A stretch of DNA of 57,781 bases, filler included, from Basidioascus undulatus (Eukaryota), in NCBI GenBank assembly GCA_000826855.1. It is 4 parts of 4 records of this genome, joined end to end, with 100 filler letters (N's around TTAATTAATTAA, not from the genome) between each part and the next. Parts side by side here need not be neighbours in the genome. Positions count along the whole stretch, not along the records: positions 43,448 to 57,781 come from JTLS01000739.1; 3 more parts are not named here. One strand, 5' to 3'. Numbering within the stretch: the first letter of the stretch is position 1; every line of letters starts with the position of its first letter. Below are positions 51,453 through 57,781 of the stretch, in pieces. A program made the position numbers and the translations under genes. The notes beneath the pieces are model-generated. The model ran no database searches. It had not been told where the DNA came from and saw only the letters and a list, made by a program, of their open reading frames with translations.

Positions 51453-51903
51453 GTCGCTACCCGTTGGAGTGCACGAGCTCGTTATTTAGGCTTGCGTCGT
51501 CGCTGTTGCGGTTGAAGGCCAAGGAGAGCGCGTCGGGAGCGTGGCTTGGGCCGGTTCACGTCAGGCCGATGACGCAACAAAGGAATGGAACTGCCGACTG
51601 TTCTTTTTTCTTCAAGGTAAAGCCCCCAGTCTGGGCAACTTGAAATGACTTGATAAACAGTGAAAAGAAAAAGAAACAGATCACCCGGGTGGTTCAAGAA
51701 ACAGCGGGACGAGATCCGAACACGCTCTGCACAACTCTGCGTGACTGGCATTGATCGCCCAGGCGTTTTACGAACCTTCAGTGAGATGCTGATATTTAGC
51801 AGACGGAAAAGACAAAACAAAGACAAACAAGTGAAGGAAATTGCAGACATCACCGTTCATTGTCATGATCTCGAATCCTCAACTCGCCGTCCTACACGGA
51901 GTC

Positions 51904-53587
51904 CTACTCCTCGTCCTCGGAATCTTCACCGTCAAACCTCTTCCGATCCGCTGCCGTCCACGGCCTTATCCGGCCTTCCTCGTCCCGCAAAATCACGAAC
52001 CCGTATCCATAAGACGAGCCGTGGACGAGCCGCAGCTTCGGAAGCACCTGGCTAACGTGCCGTGCGGTGTCCTCCATCGCAGCCAGCCAGACAGACTTCT
52101 GCTGGGATCTGGGAATAGAGTGGAAAACAGGGAAACGTTTGAAAACCTCCAACGACGACAGGCGAGCGAGGACTGGACGCCAATCCCACTGTTCATGGAC
52201 TTTAAGTCAGTACAGGCAAGGGAGCGGACGAGGCAGAAACTTGAGCAGCAGTTACGCACAAGTCCGTTGCCATCGACTGCGTGACCGAGGCTAATCCGTC
52301 TCAACCTCGGCGCAGCATGTGCAATCTTCGCAGAAACTGCGGTCTCCATCTCAATGTCCTGGACGCCGCCATTCTCCTTCAGAGCTTTGATGAATGCCGG
52401 ATCTCCGAAGGCAGTACGCCGTAGAGTCCGCTCCGCGCTGTGAGAGGTCGCCGTCAGCGCAGCATCACAGTTGCAATCTGAACCGATACGTAAAAGGACT
52501 CAAGCTTAGGCAACGCCGAGAGAGGCATGTCATCGAGATCGCAGTTACTGCCGATATAGTTCAGGACGAGCGTCTCGATACGGGGATGACGAATGAGGAA
52601 TTGGTGCAGGTCCTTTGGGTTGTAGTCAAGACCGTAGATCTAAAGCGATCGAAGATGGAGAATGAGGGCTGAGTTCGAGAAGAGCGGACTGATGTCGGTA
52701 TCGAAGTTGCGATAGTGGCCGTACACTGTAGCACTCGGACCTGTAGACGGTCGATGAGTGACAAGCTACTGAGTACAATTGAGAGGATATACACAAAAGT
52801 TAAGGAAAAGAGTGCGGAGGTTTGGGCATCCGTTGACGAGCATCCTCGCCATGTCCTTCAAGCCGAGCTCAACGCCGAAGACCGCGGTGTTGAGATGGAA
52901 CTCCTCCAGCCCACTAAGCTGCCAGATCTGATCCCATCCCTCAAAAGTTATCTACAGCAATTTCTCGCCAGCGTAAACCCCAGTCCGGGAAAATCACCTC
53001 GGCGGCGTCCTCCGGCGTAAACTTCTCGGAAGGATCCCAGATACGGAGGCTGAGCAGGTCCGGGCCGCTCGTCCGAAGCGCCCGCCAAAGAGCCACAGAA
53101 CGGGCCCATCTCATCCGCCATTCGAAGCGCTGCAGCCCGGACATCACCTCGAGGGCGGGCAAGAACGCGGCTTCAGCGATTGGGCGTTGTGCGTGCCGCT
53201 TCCTTCGCTTCTCCTTGGCCACCTCGTCCGAGTCTCCAAGCTGCCTGTACTCGTCCGGCTCCAAAGACTCCCCTCGTTCCTCATCGCTCGCTCGAGAGCC
53301 AGACAATCCGCAGGCAGGAGTTCTTTGAACCAGTCAGAGCCGAGGTCGCTATCGAGCGTGCATGAGTGAACGTGCACCGCGAGCCCGGGGACGGACGCGA
53401 GGTGCTGCTAGGTTGCCACCCGGTCGATCGAGGTTTGCAAAAGACGATACTGGAACGGGCTGGGATGGATGGACTCGTAGAGGTCGCGACACGCGAGCGA
53501 GAGCGACAGCAGGTCGCGGAGCGGGACGAACGACAGAACACGCGCTTGAAGCTCGCCAGGGATACCGAGCAATGTCAGTTCCGACAT
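51904..53587 (-). pseudogene. F-box / RNI-like protein pseudogene
   Basis: MSELTLLGIPGELQARVLSFVPLRDLLSLSLACRDLY is an F-box motif. It is followed by an in-frame TAG at 53408-53410 and a frameshift near 53300. Later LRR-like pieces (MSGLQRFEW, ALRTSGPDLLSLRI, VLPKLRLV) end at 51904. Confidence 0.7.
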
Positions 53588-54310
53588 CGTGAGATTGACA
53601 GTGAGAACTTGGCTGAAGTTGGTGGCATGAGGGTCAGAATGCTAGTGCGTTGGGGTTGTGGCGGTTAGGAGGAGAGTTGAAGACAAGACAAGACAAGACA
53701 AGAAATTTATGGACGTGCACTTGGCACCGCTCTTTAGATACCGATAGTAGCTTTCACCGTCCACTCCGCCCACCGCGCAGTCTCTTTGCTTCTTCGACTA
53801 ACTACTCTATCCAACCCTTTGTCATGGCTGCGAACGCCCCCGTTATTGCTGGCCAGCGGACGCCTGAGCGCCTGATGACCCATGGAACAGCCTGGTGTGA
53901 ATGCATGAAGTGCATGAAGAACTCGAGTCAGGCGGTCGGCTCCGGGCGTCCCCTGTCGTGCTTTCACAATTTGACGGCTGCGTCAAACCATCTGGGCTTC
54001 AAATTTGCTAGAAAGCATGTGTATAACCAAACAGTTTTCGAAAATTCTGAAAGTGACGGCGACGGTACAGGGCCGGCAATGAGGCTTCATTATGGGGCAT
54101 GACTGCACAAGTCTGCCAACCTCTTTCGGAGAGTCGAGATGTTCTTTTCTATAGAGCCACAGTCCTTGAATGACATTGCATGAAGTTTAAGTAGGCTTCT
54201 CAGGCGTACAATTGGCGCCAGACCTGCAAAAGCCGCAGCGTTGTCATAGAGATGTGGTAAAAGGGCGGCGCCGAGGCACGGTCGCATTTGCAGGGACGAG
54301 CCCATATCCT

Positions 54311-55061
54311 TCAAAACAGCAGTCGAACTAACAAGAAATATGCTGATATATTTGCGACGTATGCAGTGAAGATGAATAAAAGTAATCGGAGGGGGGCCGA
54401 AGGGTTCTGAAATACCAAGGTGTTGCCGACACTTTTTGCCGGGCAAGTCTGAGGACCAATGCACTGCGCGGTTGAGAGTGATACTGTCATGAATAGAAGA
54501 GATGGAGACATGGATGTAAGAGTACTGACAAGAACATCCCCGACTTCGAGGTTCCTGCAGTCCTCGTTGATCACCAAGCGCCTTCTCGCCAAGCGTTCCG
54601 CCTATTGCAGGCGAGTGAACTTGTCGTCTTCCCAGCCCTCAAACGAAGCACGTAGCACACAAGAAGCCCGTTGACCTGAATCCACTTTAAAACGCCCAAT
54701 GTATTAAGTCGACGGGAAACCCGGCGTAATCTCGCCGTTGCGGAGGGCGTCCATCACGCGCTGCACAACCCAGCTTGTCGGCCCAGCGGGCCCACATTTC
54801 TGAAGGACCAAAGGCACTCCACAACTCCACAGCGCCGAAGAAACCTGCGGGCCCCGGGGTAGGAGAGAAAGTCAGCGCCGGATGTCCCGCATGACCCTTC
54901 TTATGACAAGGATCAGACGCACGCTCGACGCGACTGCATGTCGGCGACGTCTTCCCACCGCCGGCAACGGCCGCCCCGCCACCGGCGGATCCTCGGTTGA
55001 TGGACACGTTGTAAACGACGTTAGAATTTCCAACGACGACAGGGGGAGCGTGAGTAGACAT
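54311..55061 (-). pseudogene. Possible degenerate spliced gene of unknown family
   Basis: ATG at 55061 and plausible GTGCGT..GCAG and GTCAGT..GCAG introns, but the exons contain stops or frameshifts and no recognisable domain. Confidence 0.25.
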
Positions 55062-55949
55062 GTATCGTAGGATTGGTTGGTTGAACTGACGTGAAAACCT
55101 GAAAATGCACAGTGAGGTGGCTTACGAGCGAGGCGTGAGCTTCGAGGATGTGCGGCAGAGGGTATTGAGAGGATCAGGCTAAGAGGGAAAAGAGTGCGGA
55201 TGCATCTGGACACTGAGCACTGTGAGGGTGGGTGAGACATGGAGGAGGAAACGTAATTGGCAAGAACGCGCTTCTGCTCCCCACTTCAGCCTTCTCATTT
55301 CCCCCAAGGTAAACCATGTGCGATGCTCTCAAACACAATACATTTTGTGAATGCGGCTCAGATGCAGGAAGGTGCAGTGGGTGTCCGACCGGGAGCGCGG
55401 CGGGAAGGACTACGGCAGCGCGGTCTCCCTAGCATTTGACGAGCCGAGATGCGAGGGACCCAACGAATTGGGGAGCATGAGCTTGACAAAGCTTCCTAGC
55501 TTGAAATAACCAGGCTCTAAGCACTGTCATTCCATTTTTTCGGTCGCAACACATCATGTAGGGAACCTAGGCACCATCCCTCAACGTGTCCATAGCGCGC
55601 CTGATAAGGGGATAAGCACGTCATATTCACACTGCTCATTTTCTCCCATAGTTGTTGAAATGGCGTTGATGCATATACGGATCAGCTCAAGAACGTCAGC
55701 CCCAGATACACAGTTGGAAACGAGAATTAACTACTTGCGAACAACGCCCAGTTTTGGTTGCTTCGTCCTGCTTGGCGGTCGGGCATAGGTCAGCGATTCA
55801 AATAACCTTAACTGGCAGGTATTGATAATGGTCTCAACGGCCGGGGCGAGGTCTACCCTCAAATCCGACACGGCGTCCGCAGGAAAGCTCCGTCCCATTT
55901 TCGCCCCGCATCACCGTCCTCACACCACCATCCTCACCCCCCTACAGCA

Positions 55950-56550
55950 CCGCAGTCGAAGGATGGGCTCAAACCTCTCCTCGCACAGGTGCACATGTGC
56001 CCCCTCAACCGCCACCCGGACCACCACACGCCCTACCTGTCGAGCCAGCTCCCAGCGCTCTTTGAGCCTCCGCGCTAGACGCAGGAGGACGAGGACCGCT
56101 TCCAGTCCAAGCCCGACTGGGACGTGTTCACCAAGATGCACCCTCTCAAGTACCGCGAGCACGTCACGACGGCCAAGGCTGGGCTGTACATCGACCCCAC
56201 GTTTGAGAGGGAAGTCAGCTCGGAGCTGGAATGGGCTCATGCGTCGGTCGCCATTGCTTTCAGCTGGAGGGAGTCCACGACTGAAATTTTCTCTTTCGCA
56301 GGTCTCTACTGCCGCCGTGCGTCCTTCTGGTACGGATGCGAAGGCCGCGGAGCGCTCGCTCGAAGATGCCCTGCGCGACCTACCCGCGCGCGGAGACGCG
56401 CCGAAGGGCGCGTCTGCCGGAAGCCGAGCAGCCCGAGGCCGAATTGAAGTTGGAGAGCTCTGGTACGTCTCAACTCATGAACGTTACCTTTCCTGGTGAC
56501 GCCGCACTGATCTGACGGCTGTGACAGAAACGGGCCGACCTTCGCCTAAG
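55950..56550 (+). pseudogene. Degenerate hypothetical gene
   Basis: Coding-like frame (..QLPALFEPPR*TQEDEDRFQSKPDWDVFTKMHPLKYREHV..) with an internal TAG at 56076-56078 and GT..AG intron-like segments. Confidence 0.3.
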
Positions 56551-57104
56551 CAGGGTGCCTACCCGACAGTTACCGTAAATCACTTTCCACGTTCATTTAC
56601 AGTATTGTGCCAGTACGTTGAATAAAGGGAAAGGAAAGTGCCGGTGCAGAACAGTTTCGCATCCGAAGCCAGCTGCGCCGTCAAACACGCTGCTACTGCC
56701 TCCTCCTCAACTGGGCAGCCAACCCTCCGCTACCTAGGCATTTTACACTGTATCTTGAGTTTTGCGAACCGAAAATATACCAGCGAAAGTGCAAGGCCGT
56801 CCGTGGACGACAGTCTGTCAGTCGGAAGCGCGCGCTGTCGTGCCTGGCGGCCGACGGCTGTTGGCGTTTCGCGTGGGCGGGGATGGATCTCGAATCGAGA
56901 TGAATTGAGCCGGAAGGCGAGCGACGATGCTTTGGCTCAGCCGCCAGCGCACTTGGCTCATCCTCATCGCAGCATCTTGCGCTCCCCACTGCTAGTTTCT
57001 CACCGCCACGCCCCTCGCGCTCCCCATCGCCCACGCCGCCGCCGCCATTCCCATCGCTCCCAACGCCGCAAAGCTAGAATCTCGCTCAACTCCCCTTGAG
57101 CGCT

Positions 57105-57781
57105 ATGGACGACGACGGCACGCCCGAGTTCACCCCGCTCATCGTCCCCCCGCCCGCGGCGGCGCCTCGCCGCGCGCCCGACGAGGACTACGATGACGAG
57201 GTCGTGGAGATGGAGAATGGGAATGGGAATGGGGCGGGGTCGGCGCGCGCGTCTGTGGTGGGCGGGGGAGACGATGACCTCGACGCGGACGACGCGATCG
57301 CGGCGAGTTTGGTGCCGCGGGCGCCCAAGGCCGGTGGGGGTGGGCTTAAGGTGCGTTGCCCTTCCCGTCCAACATCGTTTTCACTTCTGGTGGGGAGGGA
57401 CGCTGATGGATGGGTCGCCGTACGATAGGTCAAGCTCCGCCTCCCCACCTCCCCCCCGGCACCGGCGCCTGCCTCTGCTTACGCCGCACTCTCCTCGGAC
57501 GATGAGGACATCGACGAGCTGGAGGAGGACGAGCTGGCCCCTCCCGCTCCCCCGGCCGCCACGGCCGCACCCTCGCACTCCCCCGCTCCGATAGCGGCGG
57601 CGCCCACTCCCGCGCCCGCAGCGCCCGCCCCTGCGCCGATGAAGAGGAAGCGGCAGGTGGGCTCGCGCGGCGGGGGAAAGGCGGGGTCCAGAGGTGCGTC
57701 TTGTCTCCTGTGTCCTTCTTTGCTTTCGAAAAAGGAAGGCAAACCATCCTAAATTCCCCTCCCACAGCAGCAATCAACTAC
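57105..57781 (+). CDS. Acidic, Pro-rich hypothetical nuclear protein, N-terminal part
   Basis: MDDDGTPEFTPL..GGGLK, intron 57351-57428, then VKLRLP..DDEDIDELEEDE..MKRKRQ (NLS-like). The gene runs off the window. Confidence 0.65.

Noticed and set aside
57218..57240. G-quadruplex-like GGGAATGGGAATGGGGCGGGG
   Set aside because: Explained by the encoded NGNGNGAG low-complexity peptide, and G-runs are common in these GC-rich exons.

Overview
Eukaryotic, intron-rich fungal DNA, probably a basidiomycete (introns mostly 50-80 nt, GTGAGT/GTGCGT/GTACGT donors, CTGAC/CTAAC branch points, several GC-AG introns). The supplied ORF track is mostly exon fragments or antisense noise. The window is not one locus. 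It is four ~14.3-14.4 kb contigs in descending size order, joined by artificial N44-TTAATTAATTAA-N44 spacers. Manually spliced genes: MutY/MUTYH glycosylase (partial), a Zn2Cys6/fungal-specific transcription factor, an Ada-N/AraC (methylphosphotriester methyltransferase-like) gene absent from the ORF track, a 2OG-Fe(II) oxygenase 3' end, SPT6, a Clp1 (clampless)-like gene, BBC1-like and Crz1-like partial genes, ERT1/AcuK (partial), a FucP-like MFS transporter and ISC1. There are also several pseudogenes (API5 fragment, LRR-family, CPL1/PriA-like, F-box). The most interesting object is an intact 7-exon gene at 48115-49413. It encodes a predicted secreted precursor with Kex2-type basic sites that would release five related Asn/Asp-rich amphipathic peptides plus a Lys/Glu/Asp/Ser block, a candidate repellent-like or functional-amyloid system. 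All family assignments are from recalled motifs; no searches were run.
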